Below, piece after piece: positions 1 through 10,949 of a DNA stretch of 64,000 bases; position 1 is the stretch's first letter; each line of letters starts with the position of its first letter. This DNA comes from Blastocladiella emersonii ATCC 22665 (lineage: Eukaryota > Fungi > Blastocladiomycota): NCBI GenBank assembly GCA_025594325.1, contig JANHCV010000001.1, forward strand, positions 868,001-932,000. The letters run 5' to 3'. The notes beneath the pieces are model-generated. The model saw only the letters and a list, made by a program, of their open reading frames with translations, was not told the DNA's origin and made no database searches. Both the position numbers and the translations under genes were made by a program.

Positions 1-586
1 CTCGAACATCTGGTGCAGCGCAAAGTCGTCTGCCGACAGCACGAGGCCCTTGGTGTGAAGAGGCAGGTTCGTCTGGGCGAGCGCGGCGGTGTACGCGAAA
101 TGAGCGGGCGACATGGCCGCGGCCGAGCCCTCCTGCTGCTGCTGGTGATCGTCGGGGCCGCCGCTGTTGTGCGGCGTGTCGGACTGGTCGAGCATGCGCT
201 GAATCTGGTCGAAGATGAGCGACATGTCCCCTTGGCGGCACGACGGGTCGCCCGGCGCCGTCGTCATGAGATGGCGCATGATATCTACACCCTGCGTCGA
301 GCTTCTGGGCAGGAACGTGTCTACCACTTCATCGATGCGCGCATGCATCCGGTCGCCCATCATGGTCGACTGGAACCACGGCGGGAGCACGGGCGTGTAG
401 CGCGCAGTCGCCGCCGGCTTGGTGGTCAGCGGCACCGTGCGGCGCGGAGTGGTTTTTTTGGTCGCCGTCTACACGACGAGGGCGTGACATGAGACCATCG
501 TCGCTCTCGACGCACGCGATGCACGCGCACGAGTGCCGCGTTCCGCGCTGAGCCCGGTCGTCGGATCGTACTCTGCGAGCGCCCAT
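1..586 (-). CDS. Hypothetical protein, 5' part (runs off the left edge)
   Basis: ATG at 586 (MGARR), GTACGA...GTGTAG intron 571-469, then an open frame 468-1 with host-like codon usage (TATKKTTPRR...DDFALHQMFE). No family recognised. Confidence 0.55.
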
Positions 587-2606
587 GGTTGCTATGAGTT
601 GATGATACAGTTGCGTCGTAGGATTGCTTCGTTGTGTTCAGTGATCAAGGGAGAGGAGCGGGGGCGCTTAGGCTGAGCAGAAACGCGTGGGACCCGCGAC
701 GCGCCCGCTGGTCGAGCGGAAGACGATCTGCGGCACGTGTTCATCAGGATGGTCGGATTCTCGTGCAAAATTGATGAGAATGCCTTGTAATGAAGGTATT
801 AGTCTTGCCGATGGTGGACTAATTGACGGACCATACGGCAGAAACATCTGACGCCAACTTTGCAAAGTTCGCGATAGTCGTCACGCGGGAACTTGCTCAC
901 CTCCGCCTCAGCACATGAACACTCGCGCCAACCCGCTAAGGTTTCTCAAGAATCAGCGCTTTGAGCGAAAGGCGAGCAGTTTATGCACGGAACAAATTCC
1001 TGTGTGGCGATGGCCAAAGAATCCGGACAGCGAGCCGTCGCGACCATGGCCATGATCGTCGTGATCTTGCAGTCCAGCGCGACTCGTCCTGATTGAATCG
1101 AGATGGATTCGCTTGCCCTGCTTGATCAATGAAATCCAGTCCGAGACGTGCAGTTTTGCGCGTACACCGCGTGAATCCATCATCGAAAGTAGCATCGCGA
1201 CCATGGCCGACCACGCGGCGTGCCTTGAGCACTGTGCTGCGTCTGGTCCGAGCAAAAATGTTTGATCGAGAGCGAAATAAGCTTTGAGGATCAGTTTGGG
1301 ACCATGGAACAGGCGAGAATGCGCGAGGACGTGAACTTGCTGCAAGTTGGCGACCTAGTCGAGCAGCGTGCGCGAGCTGAAACATGGCGACGCCCACGCG
1401 GGACTAATCCACATCAAGTTTAGCAGGTTGTGATTGAAAGCGGGCTTGGGCCCAACAAGGGCCGCGCACGGTAATTGTTGAAGCGCTCAGACTTGGACGT
1501 ACGGTTCGGAGCTATCGAGTAGCGTTCACCTGCTTCGTGCGGGCATTTCGAGCAACACGGAGCACAGCCACGGAAGCAACCTTTGATCTTTCCTCGGTCA
1601 AGAAAACACCCGACAGGGGATCAGGAGCCGCAAAGTTCCCGTTCGAGCGGAGCTGGGTCGCGGAAGCGATGTCACCAACGAGTATCCCGCGCAAGGCTCG
1701 CCATACAGCCCACGCTCGAGTCCGCTCGACGTTCACGAAGAACAGCAAGAACTTAGGTAGGGGAGCTTGAGTTTCAGAGCGTTCCGCCGACGATCTCGGT
1801 CCTGCTGCAGGATACCCAGAACAACGCGGTTTGTGCGCCAAAGCGGTCACGACTCGGTCTCGAAAGCTTAAGCCAGTACCTTAGAAGCAGGTAAAGCGAC
1901 TGATACGAGCACACGCGCCAGCTGTAGGTCTAGGCGACCAAGTGGACGAGGCACTGCGTCGAGCAGCGCGAGCTGGCCTCAGATTCGCCGCGAACCGGAA
2001 ATGAAGATGTCGACATGAAAAGGCTCATTTCTCACCGCAGACTGGGCAAGTACGTCCTCCCCAGCGCGAGGACGACGGGTATGAGAGCAGTTGGGCTCCG
2101 CCGACCGACGAGGGGCCTGAACTCGCTGGGAGACCCGAGCAACAAAATCAAGCAACCGAACCCACCAAGTTTCATGCGCTAACATCATTCATGGAGGTTT
2201 GGAAAGCTCTTGTCAAGGAGGCGAAGGGGGCGAAGGGTGAGCAGAGTCGAGGGCAGCGGGTGTGGCGTTCGACGTAGCAACGCCACATGTGACCCCAGCT
2301 GATGTTCGCGACGCACCTTCCGACTGCTCCCCCGGCTTGGTCGACAGCCCCACCTTAAAGCCTTGATCGGGGCTGCTCGCATGAAGTACTCAGTACCCAC
2401 CTGCAAGTTGCTACCTTCTGCCACGTTCACGAACGCGGCGCTGACGATACTCTCAAAATTCATTAACTTTCGTTCTTCCGAGTTGGATCCTGCGGATAGT
2501 AATTTCATCCGAGTCTGCGTCTCCCCTCCCTCCCTCCCTCGCACTCCTCCGTTGCTAGCCTTATCCCACACTTGCCCTCCGCTGCCTCGCCTCCCGACGA
2601 ATCCTG

Positions 2607-2960
2607 CCGCTGAAGAAGACTATGAAAGAAGTTAAACTTCTTTCCCCTTACAGCACCGACCATGTCGACTGTGAACCTTGCATCGACGTCCCCCAGGACG
2701 TTCGTAGCCAGTACTAGTCTGAGGCTTTTCATTTGCTCGCGCGACCAGCGTCGTTGCTACTTTGGCCCTCCTCATCCCACCGTTACCGCTGAAGAAGACT
2801 TCGAAAGAAGTTCAACTTCTTTCCCCTTACAGCACCGACCATGTCGACTGTGAATCTCGCATCGGCATCCCCCAGGATGTCCGTAGCCAGTACTAGTCTG
2901 AGGTAACTTGATGATCCACACACTCGGCTTCGGTCGCATGTTGCTACTTTGGCCCTCCTG
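2607..2960 (+). repeat. Imperfect tandem duplication, unit ~180 bp, containing a 9-bp-stem hairpin
   Basis: 2607-2724 and 2786-2903 are near-identical (CCGCTGAAGAAGAC...GTACTAGTCTGAGG). GTTGCTACTTTGGCCCTCCT also recurs at ~2753 and ~2940. Each unit holds GAAAGAAGT-NNN-ACTTCTTTC. Confidence 0.9.
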
Positions 2961-3852
2961 CGTCCTCGAACGCTCCTGCTTCCGGATGCTTCAGTTTGAG
3001 CTCCTGCGACATCTCGCGCCAGCACGCGTTGCAAGCTTCGCCTGTTCAACTTGCTTAACGAGTACTTCCGCGATGGACTGCAAGTCCTTGCGCGAAAAAC
3101 TCGACCCCGCGGCACTTCTTCCGGCGAGGCGGCTGCGTCTGAGTTCCTCGCTTCCTCGCTCTCAGTTCCTGTATCGCATCGAGCTCCGCCGCGTTGACGA
3201 GCTTGTCGCCGACGCGTACGTGATCCGGGAGGGGGGGGGAGTGACGAAACGAGGTCGGGTTCGTCGTGTTTGCGCTCACGGATCAAGCGTCGCTGGTCGA
3301 GCGCGCCTGTGACAAGAATAAGCTCGGGACTAGGTCCTGTCGCCTTCCGACAGGATCACTCCGTGCGCCTAGCGTGGCAGCACGACGTACGCGGCCCGCT
3401 ACTCCTTGAACATGCGGGCTGTGTCATCGAAGCAACAGCTGACGAGATCCTACTGCGTCATCCGCTCCTTCTGCCCGAACTCGACCCAGGCGAGCCCCTT
3501 GCGCTTCCCGTCATGGCCGCTGTTCTCGACGTGGTCCGGTCTTTGTACTCTCCTCTCTCTGACGGTTGCGACTTCCACGCCCCGCTTCTGAATCAAGCGG
3601 CTTCCTTGTCCCTCTGGCGCCCTCATGCACGTGGTGAGTGATACTCCATCTTCCAAGCCCACCTTGTACTTCGGCGGTGCGTGGATCCCGATCCGTGCCT
3701 GGCGTCTCCCGGCGACCGCGCGGCTCACGTCGGCGTGACGTGTGGGGTGGCTTCGCCGCGCTCTCTTCCCTCACCGACACCGACTCGGACCGCGGCCCCG
3801 CCCGCCCGCCCATGAATCTCGCCGCGACCCGCGACCAGCTGCAACCCGCGCC

Positions 3853-5076
3853 ATGCCGCCGTTCCGCCACGTCAGCGTCGACTTGCTGATGGAGGGCGAC
3901 GCCGGGTCGACGCCGCTCGTGTGCATGCCGGACCTCGCCTACGCCGGCGCGACGCCCGAGACGTGCGCCGTGTGGGTCACCCCGCCGCCGCCCGCCGCCG
4001 CTGCCGCGTCCTCCTCCGCCTCCGACACCAGCAAACCCCCTACCGTCGTCCTGCGCCTCACCAACCACCACTCGTTTGACCTGTACCAGGCGACCGCCGT
4101 GTTTGCCGGCGGCCGCTGCCGGACCACGGGCCACCTGTTCCCGAGCAAGTGCGAGACGCTGCGCCTCGGCCCGCTCGCCGACGCCGGGTTCCCGCTGCGC
4201 ATCGAGTGGCGCCGCGCCGAGCACTTTGGCATCCACGCGTACCGCGTCATCGACCGCGAGCCGCGCGTCGCGTTCGTCCTGCAGCTCCGCGGTGGGGTGC
4301 CGGCGCCCGCGCATTGGCCCTCGACGCGCTCGGGTTCCACTGCGGGTCGGACTCTCGGCGCGCCGCCCGCCCAGCGTGTCGCCCGCCCGCCACCACCACC
4401 AGCACCCGTCGCGTCCTCCTCGGGCAACGACATTGCCAGCAGCCGCAAGACGCGGCGGGGGCGGAAACAGTCGACCGGCGTCTCCGCGCACCTCTCGCAG
4501 ACCTCCACCCCGTACGCCCGACCCAGCGCACCGTCGTCGTCGTCATCCTCCGCGACCCGCCTCCCGCCACAGCCCGCCGTCCGCCTGGGCGTCGCGGCGC
4601 CGCCGCCGGGCACGATCCCGCTCCCGCACCAAGTCCGCGCCGCCGACGTGTCGTCCGCGACCTCGTTCCGCGGCACCACCACCAGCTTCGTGTTCTCGTC
4701 GTTCCCGTCGGAGCGACAGGTCATCGACCTCGTATCGACCGACGAGGATGAGGGCATGGACGTGGACGACGTGCAGCCCGTGCCACCACCACCACCACCA
4801 CGCCCGGTACCGGGTCCGGCCCCGGCCCATCGCGGCGGGGGCGCGCGCGAGGACTCGATCATCGTGCTCAGCAGCAGCAGCGACGACGACGCGTCAACCG
4901 GCAACCGCAGCCGGGCGGCGCCGATGCCCGGTCTCCACACACGCCCGCGCGGCCCGCTCGCGCGCACACGGTCGGGCACCGCGGCGGCGCCGCGGCCGCA
5001 CGCGTTCGAGACCGAGGTCATATTCGTCGACGATGACGACGATGACGACGTTGGCGTGAGCCGCGCGGCCAACTGA
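3853..5076 (+). CDS. Hypothetical protein with N-terminal beta-rich domain and disordered C-terminus bearing three SIM-like motifs
   Basis: Intronless ORF with strong host codon bias. Motifs VIDLVSTDEDE, IIVLSSSSDDD and VIFVDDDDDDD. Confidence 0.75.
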   Translation: MPPFRHVSVDLLMEGDAGSTPLVCMPDLAYAGATPETCAVWVTPPPPAAAAASSSASDTSKPPTVVLRLTNHHSFDLYQATAVFAGGRCRTTGHLFPSKCETLRLGPLADAGFPLRIEWRRAEHFGIHAYRVIDREPRVAFVLQLRGGVPAPAHWPSTRSGSTAGRTLGAPPAQRVARPPPPPAPVASSSGNDIASSRKTRRGRKQSTGVSAHLSQTSTPYARPSAPSSSSSSATRLPPQPAVRLGVAAPPPGTIPLPHQVRAADVSSATSFRGTTTSFVFSSFPSERQVIDLVSTDEDEGMDVDDVQPVPPPPPPRPVPGPAPAHRGGGAREDSIIVLSSSSDDDASTGNRSRAAPMPGLHTRPRGPLARTRSGTAAAPRPHAFETEVIFVDDDDDDDVGVSRAAN

Positions 5077-5203
5077 GCGGACCCTCCGCGCGTGGTCGCT
5101 CGCTCGCTCGCTCGTCGCTGTAACCCATTCCACTCCCACTCGCACACACGCACTCTTATAAATCAATCAATTGCGCACATATATCTACTGGATCCCTTCG
5201 TCA

Positions 5204-6847
5204 CTAGCTCGCCGCGACCGCTGCACCAGCACGCGCCGCCGAGCCCGGGGATGGCGGCTCAGGGACCACGGGCGCCGCAGCGGTGGCCGCAGGGCGGCTC
5301 GGGTCCTCGATCCCGTGCTTCTCGACGTACACGTCCCACCCGTGGATGTAGTCGGGGTGCTCCATATCGAGCGTCGACGCGAGCACCGATGCCGTCTCGC
5401 CGGTGAGCGGCGTTGTGGACCCGGTCCCCCCCACGGCCACCGCGTCGAGCTCGAGCAAGTCGCGCGAGTAGTGCGGCGCGGCAACATCGACGCCGTGGCG
5501 GTGCATGAACTCGACCGCGAGCGCGTTGTTACGCAGCAGCGCGACGCGCGGGTCCGCGGGGCCGGCCATCCGGACGCGGCGCAGGAGACCGGGTAGGAGA
5601 AGCGGGAAGTCCGAGTGGTTCTGGTGCGCGGTGCCGCGCAGCGTGACGTGCGGGAACGCGAGGGTGCGGTCCCCCGCGGGCGAGGCGGCGTGCGACGTGC
5701 GGATCCACTGCGACAGCGCGGCCATGTTGGCGCGCCAGTGGAACGTCTCGGACGACGAGATGAGCGTCGCCACCGACACGGGTTTCGTCGGGTCGACGGG
5801 CAGCATCCACGGGTCCATGACGAACCCGCACTTGAAGTCGAACGCCGGCGAGTCCGCGTCGGCGGGCGCCGCGCGCGTTGTCTGCCGCTCGGCGTGCTGC
5901 GCCTGCAGCGTCGCGATCGCGGTCGCGCCGCCGAAGCTGTGGCCGGCCATGGCCATGCGGTTCAGGTCGAGCCGGCCCTGCAGGCCCTTGAGCGCGGCGA
6001 GGGCGGGCGCGTCGACGTGCGCCGCGGGCGGGAGCTCGCCGCGGGCGAGGCGGCGCGCGAATGCGACGGCCTTGCGGACCTCAGCGACGCGGTGGCGGAC
6101 CTGGTCGCGGCGGATCTGCACGTTCTCCTCGGCGACGGGGACCGTGACGGGGACGCGCCGGTAGACGTGCTCGCGGTGCTTCTTCGGCGGGGCGGCGGCC
6201 GACCGCTCGACCGAGATGCACGCGGACCGGTCGCGGTGCTCGACGGCCAAAACCACGGCGCCGCGCGACGCCAGGTCGCCGCAAAAGTACTGGTAGGTCC
6301 CCTTGCACCCGCCGAGCCCGTGCGAGAAGACGGCGACGGGGAGGTCGTGCGGGAGCGCCGGGTGGTCGTCGGCCGCGGGGGCCGCCGGCGCGGGTAGCGC
6401 GTCGGCGATGGCGGGCACCTTGGCGTGCGCGAAGATGGACCCGAACGCCGGCCGCGACACGAAGCGCGGCAGACCCAGAAAGTCGCCGTACCCGGCGCCC
6501 TCGTGCGCGGCGAGCCAGTCGATGCGCGCCTCGGCGTCGGCGGGCGTCACGGCGGCCGGGTAGAAGATGCGCACGAGCGCCGAGGTCGCGGGCGAGACCA
6601 GGTCGGCGTGCGACGCGGGGAACGCGCCGTCCCACTCGAAATCGACCACGCCCACGGCGAACGGGCCCGAGAACGCCGGGAAGTGCGGGAACGCGCGAGA
6701 GTACCACGCGGGCGCCGGGTGCGGCAGCGCGCGCGGGGACGGCGACGCCGAGGGGGTGCTGGTCATGGGGTTGGCCTTGGCCTTGGTGCGGAGGTGGCGG
6801 GCAGGCGAGACGGTCAGGGCGCGGATGCCGCGCTGGACAAGTTTCAT
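5204..6847 (-). CDS. Platelet-activating factor acetylhydrolase-like alpha/beta hydrolase (PAF-AH II family)
   Basis: GPFAVGVVDFEW, RIFYP, VFSHGLGG, LASRGAVVLAVEHRDRSA, nucleophile GHSFGGAT, MDPWMLP, HQNHSDF. Confidence 0.9.
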   Translation of the reverse strand: MKLVQRGIRALTVSPARHLRTKAKANPMTSTPSASPSPRALPHPAPAWYSRAFPHFPAFSGPFAVGVVDFEWDGAFPASHADLVSPATSALVRIFYPAAVTPADAEARIDWLAAHEGAGYGDFLGLPRFVSRPAFGSIFAHAKVPAIADALPAPAAPAADDHPALPHDLPVAVFSHGLGGCKGTYQYFCGDLASRGAVVLAVEHRDRSACISVERSAAAPPKKHREHVYRRVPVTVPVAEENVQIRRDQVRHRVAEVRKAVAFARRLARGELPPAAHVDAPALAALKGLQGRLDLNRMAMAGHSFGGATAIATLQAQHAERQTTRAAPADADSPAFDFKCGFVMDPWMLPVDPTKPVSVATLISSSETFHWRANMAALSQWIRTSHAASPAGDRTLAFPHVTLRGTAHQNHSDFPLLLPGLLRRVRMAGPADPRVALLRNNALAVEFMHRHGVDVAAPHYSRDLLELDAVAVGGTGSTTPLTGETASVLASTLDMEHPDYIHGWDVYVEKHGIEDPSRPAATAAAPVVPEPPSPGSAARAGAAVAAS

Positions 6848-6894
6848 GGAGTGGGGAGCGCGCAGGCGAGGGTTGCGCGGGGGACGGCGGACCC

Positions 6895-6900
6895 TTTATA
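6895..6900 (-). promoter_or_regulatory. TATA box of the PAF-AH gene
   Basis: TATAAA on the minus strand ~50 bp upstream of ATG 6847 in otherwise very GC-rich DNA. Confidence 0.55.
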
Positions 6901-7378
6901 CCGTGGCCATCGGCGCCAAGGGAGCCCGATGCCCCCGGTTCCCGTGGCGGCGGCGGAGGCGTGGAACCCGAGTGACGTCGATGGCGCGCCTGCCCGTGGC
7001 AATGTCCACGCGGTCGGTCGACGTGGCGGCGGCGGTCCTCGTCAGCGGGCACGTCGGGTCGCTCGGAAGCGGAGCGCGCGGCTGACCAGGCGGCTGACCA
7101 AGCCGCGAGACGCCGGTGCGAGACACGCCGCACGTGATTGTGCATCGCGTCGCGTCTCGTCTCGTCTCGCGTTTCCCACCGCGCTCTCGCACTTCGAGAA
7201 GACTCCGCGCACGGCGCTCTGGGCCCCGCCTGGCTTGCACTCCGACGCTCCGACCGACTCGGCGGATCGGATCGCACACACGCCGCGTGATACCCCCGTT
7301 GCGCTACCATGGAACAAGCGTCACGGAGCAAATGAATCCTTGTCGCCAACCCCGCCGTCGACCACACGCACCGCCGCC

Positions 7379-9043
7379 ATGGACCCGCACCAGCACGCCG
7401 TCTCGCCGGCCATCGCCTGGACCTTCGTCGGGCTCGTCGCCGCCACGCTCCCGCTGTGCCTGCTGTGGGGCGTGCGCTTCTTCCTCGCGTGGCGCCAGGC
7501 CCGCTACTCGCTCGGCAGCAACTCGTTCCCGCTCGTCGTGACGTGGGTCGGGTACACGCTCGGCCACCTCGCGCACCTCGCCTACGCCGTGCTGTGGGAC
7601 GCGTGCCCCGACGCCCCGGGCACGAGCAACGCCGAGGCGGGGCAGTTCGGCTGCTCCAACAAGCTGTGGATCCGGCTCGCCGTGTACATCGACCTCGTCG
7701 CCATGGCCACCTTCGTCACCAACAACTTCATGACCATCGTGCGCGTCTACTTCACCTCGCTGACGTCGGCGTCGCGCCGCCGCCTCTTCTACTTCTGCGT
7801 GGCCGTCGGCGTCAACTTCTTCGTGTCGCAGGCGCTCATGGACGTGGCCACGGCCGACGCCGACGTGTACCTCGCGTCGCCGCTCGCCCAGCTCTACTGC
7901 AACACGGTCGCGCCCGCCATCATGCTCTTCACCATCTTCCTGTACGGCGCCGTCGACATGGGCGCCATCGCCATCACCTCGTGGCTGCTCGACTTTTCGC
8001 CGTCGTTTGGCCGCTGGCGCGTCTCGTCGCCGCTCATGCGCATCCGGACCACGTCCAATGCGACCACGCACACGCAGGAAAGTAGCGGAGGTGGCGGGAA
8101 CGCGCGCCCGCTGCCGTCGCGGTCGGACCTCCTCGAGCCCATGTCGCTGTGGTCCGTGTCGCGCAAACCGCACCTCCGCGACTTGATGGCCGGCGGCGGC
8201 GGCCACTCGGGCGACCTCAAGCAGCAGCAGCACCTGCAGTCGACCGTGTCGCTCGCGCCTGCCGGTGCCGCGGCGGCCGCCATGGTCGCGTCGTCGTCGG
8301 TCCTCGCCTCGGCGCAGTCCGCCGCACACCTCCCGCATCTCAACACGACCGCGACCGACCTCCTCGCGCTGTCGCCGCCCGCGAGCCCCGTGTCCCCGCC
8401 CTCGGCGCGCCGCGGGCTCCTGCCGTTCCCGCTGTGGACCACCACCTCGCCGCCCGCGTCGCCCATCCCCGCCGCCTCCGCGCCGCCGACCCCGACAGCC
8501 GCGCACCCGATCGCGATCCGGTACGGCCGCGGTCTGTGGAAACTCCGGCTCGCCATGGCGAGCTCGCTGGTGCTGCACCTCGTGGCTCTCGTCAACACGA
8601 CGATCCACCCGCCGCCCGTCATAAAGAACTCGGCCGACGCGGCGCTGCTCAAGGTCATCTCGGCCCTGCACATGTATATCATGCATGAGCTCAAGCACCT
8701 GGTCCTCCTGCGCCGCCGGCTCCCGAACCTCGAGGCCGGGTCGTTTGCTAGCTCGTGGAGTCCCTCGGCCGAGGAGGCGAGGAGTCTCGAGGTGCTCAAG
8801 GAGGACGGCGGGCTGGCGCCAGCGGGGCCGGCGGGTACCGACGATGCCGCCGCGGGGACCGCCTCGACAGCGCCGATCGTCAAGGCGCGGTCCAAGCGCA
8901 AGAAGCGGAAGAAAAAGCGGCGAGCGGGCGATGCGCGCGACCCGGAGCGACGAGAGCGGTTCGTCGACTCGTTCGTGGAGCGCGAGCCCGCGCGGATAGC
9001 CAAGACGAAGCCGCCGTCAGTCCAGACTGGGCCCGTGGAATAG
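7379..9043 (+). CDS. Orphan seven-transmembrane (GPCR-like) protein with long third intracellular loop
   Basis: Intronless ORF from MDPHQHAV. Five hydrophobic helices, then a long Ser/Pro/Ala loop, then two more helices (LRLAMASSLVLHLVALV; ALLKVISALHMYIM). Cys pair in the first extracellular loop, R-x-Y at the end of TM3, basic C-tail. Confidence 0.65.
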   Translation: MDPHQHAVSPAIAWTFVGLVAATLPLCLLWGVRFFLAWRQARYSLGSNSFPLVVTWVGYTLGHLAHLAYAVLWDACPDAPGTSNAEAGQFGCSNKLWIRLAVYIDLVAMATFVTNNFMTIVRVYFTSLTSASRRRLFYFCVAVGVNFFVSQALMDVATADADVYLASPLAQLYCNTVAPAIMLFTIFLYGAVDMGAIAITSWLLDFSPSFGRWRVSSPLMRIRTTSNATTHTQESSGGGGNARPLPSRSDLLEPMSLWSVSRKPHLRDLMAGGGGHSGDLKQQQHLQSTVSLAPAGAAAAAMVASSSVLASAQSAAHLPHLNTTATDLLALSPPASPVSPPSARRGLLPFPLWTTTSPPASPIPAASAPPTPTAAHPIAIRYGRGLWKLRLAMASSLVLHLVALVNTTIHPPPVIKNSADAALLKVISALHMYIMHELKHLVLLRRRLPNLEAGSFASSWSPSAEEARSLEVLKEDGGLAPAGPAGTDDAAAGTASTAPIVKARSKRKKRKKKRRAGDARDPERRERFVDSFVEREPARIAKTKPPSVQTGPVE

Positions 9044-9061
9044 AATCTAGCACATGTATTA

Positions 9062-10949
9062 CTATGCGAGCACGATGCCGAGGAACTCGGTCGCCTCCTC
9101 CTCCTCCTCGTCATCCTCATCCTCATCGTCGCCCGACTCGACCTGCACGTTACGCAGCGCGACCATGCGCTCGCCCATCCACCGGTGCACGCGGCGGACG
9201 TGCGCCGCGTCGAACTTGAGCGGGGCGACCGCGTCGTCGGCCGTGAGCAGCGGGAGCATCAGCGGGTCGTCGTCGCCTTCGTCGTCGCCAAACTCGACGC
9301 CCTCGGGCAACCGGCCCTCGGCGTGCGCCCACAGCACGTACACGAGCGCCCAGTCGTCGACCTCCCACTCCTCGTCCGCCTGCTCGACGAGCGCCTCGAC
9401 CGCGGGCACCGCCCAGAACTCGGCGTCGGCCGCGAGGTCCGCGAACTTGAGGATCCCCGGGGCCGCTTCCGCCACGAGCGACGCGAACGTGCTGCGGGCG
9501 TGGTCGAGCGCCGCGTCGAGGACCGCCGCCTGCCCGTTGCGGTAGATGGCGGCCATGCGCGCCCGGAACGAGGCGTCGGGTTTGCCGGTGATGGGCGCGA
9601 CCGCGTCGCGCTTCGCGGCGAGCAGCGAGACCAGCGTGTCCCACAGGGTCAGCTCGTTGCGCGTCGAGACGGGCGCGCGCGGCGCCGCCGATTTGGCGGA
9701 TTCGAGCTCGCGCGGGTTTGCGACGATGATGCGCAGCGCCGCGATCAGGGCGGCGGGCGCCGGGTCCGTGTGGCGGATCAGGTACAGGTCCTTGTACGGG
9801 ACCAGGCCGTGGGCGTCGAGCACGGCGCGTTTCGCGGGATACGCGGGGTCCGCCGCGAAATTGGGTTTCAGCGGCACGTACTCGTCCGGGTTGTTGGGCA
9901 GGTCGAGGCAGAACCCGTACGACAGCAGCAGCTCGTCGTTGCCCTTGGGCCCGTAGCTGTTGAACACCTCCTCGCCCTCGGCCATGGCGGCGCCCGTGAT
10001 GAACGCCACGCCGTCGCCGCGCGTCGCGTCCCACGTCATGGACGACCCGCGCTGGTGGTTCAGCATGTCGAACAGCGGCCACAGCGCCAGGTGGCACTTG
10101 CACGGCGGAATCACCCCGTCCGCGCCGCGTGCGGCGACCGCCGCGTCGTGCGTGTCGTCGGCCGCGAGGACCGGGTCCGCCGCATCCGCCGAAACCGCGG
10201 CCTTGGCGCGGCCCTGCACCACGAGGTTCAGGTCCGACGGGAACGCGCGCGACGAGCACACGGTGCGCGCCCACAGGTAGTTGCTGAGCGTGAGCGCCTT
10301 GACCGCCTCCCCCATACCCCACACCTCGGGGAACCGGTCGAGCAGGACCCCCTGGGCGTGCGCGAAATCGCGCTCGAGCTCCGCGCGCTTCTCCTGCACC
10401 ACGAAATGCAGGTTGGTCCCCTGCAGCACCGCGAGCTCGTCGTCGGTCCAGAACAGCGGCGTGTCGAAGGTCCGCGGCAGCGCGCGCAGGTACGGCCACC
10501 ACCGCGAGCCCTCGCCGCGCACAAAGAACTCGTGCACGATAAACAGCCACAGGATCGTCTTGGTGCACACGTGCCCCGCCGCGTACTCGGCGACCGGCAC
10601 CGTCGCGTTGTAAGCCAGGAACGCGCGGCCGAGCGACGAGGCCAGCGCATCATGCTCGGACAGGATCACGTGCGACGGGATCGCCGCGACCGTCGTCCCC
10701 GGCGAGATCGCGTGCGCCGCGTAGATCCCGTAGCCCTCGGCTACACGGTGAGCAAGGCGGGGATGAGGCGGCGGGTCGTGGTACGGGACTGGCTGGCGTA
10801 CAGGTGGCCGACTTGCGGATCGTCACGTTGGACAGGTCGGCGCCCTCGCGGAGCAGCCACGCCTCCATGGCGCGGTAGTCCTCCTCGCGCGGCTCGCGGT
10901 CATAGTCGATGTGCGCCGTCTTGGCGCGCTTGGCGGAGGATGGATTCAT
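9062..10949 (-). CDS. SET-domain protein lysine methyltransferase (SETD3/4/6, Rubisco-LSMT/Rkm type)
   Basis: Exon 1 MNPSSAKR...VTIRKS, one intron, then EGYGIYAAHAI, WWPYLRALP, YLWARTVCSSRAF, FDMLNH, EEVFNSYG..NDELLLSYGF, followed by an LSMT substrate-binding-like region. Confidence 0.9.

Noticed and set aside
600-676. Possible C/D snoRNA (TGATGA at 600, CTGA at 673)
   Set aside because: No terminal stem and no rRNA complementarity that I recognise, unlike the TRM112 case.
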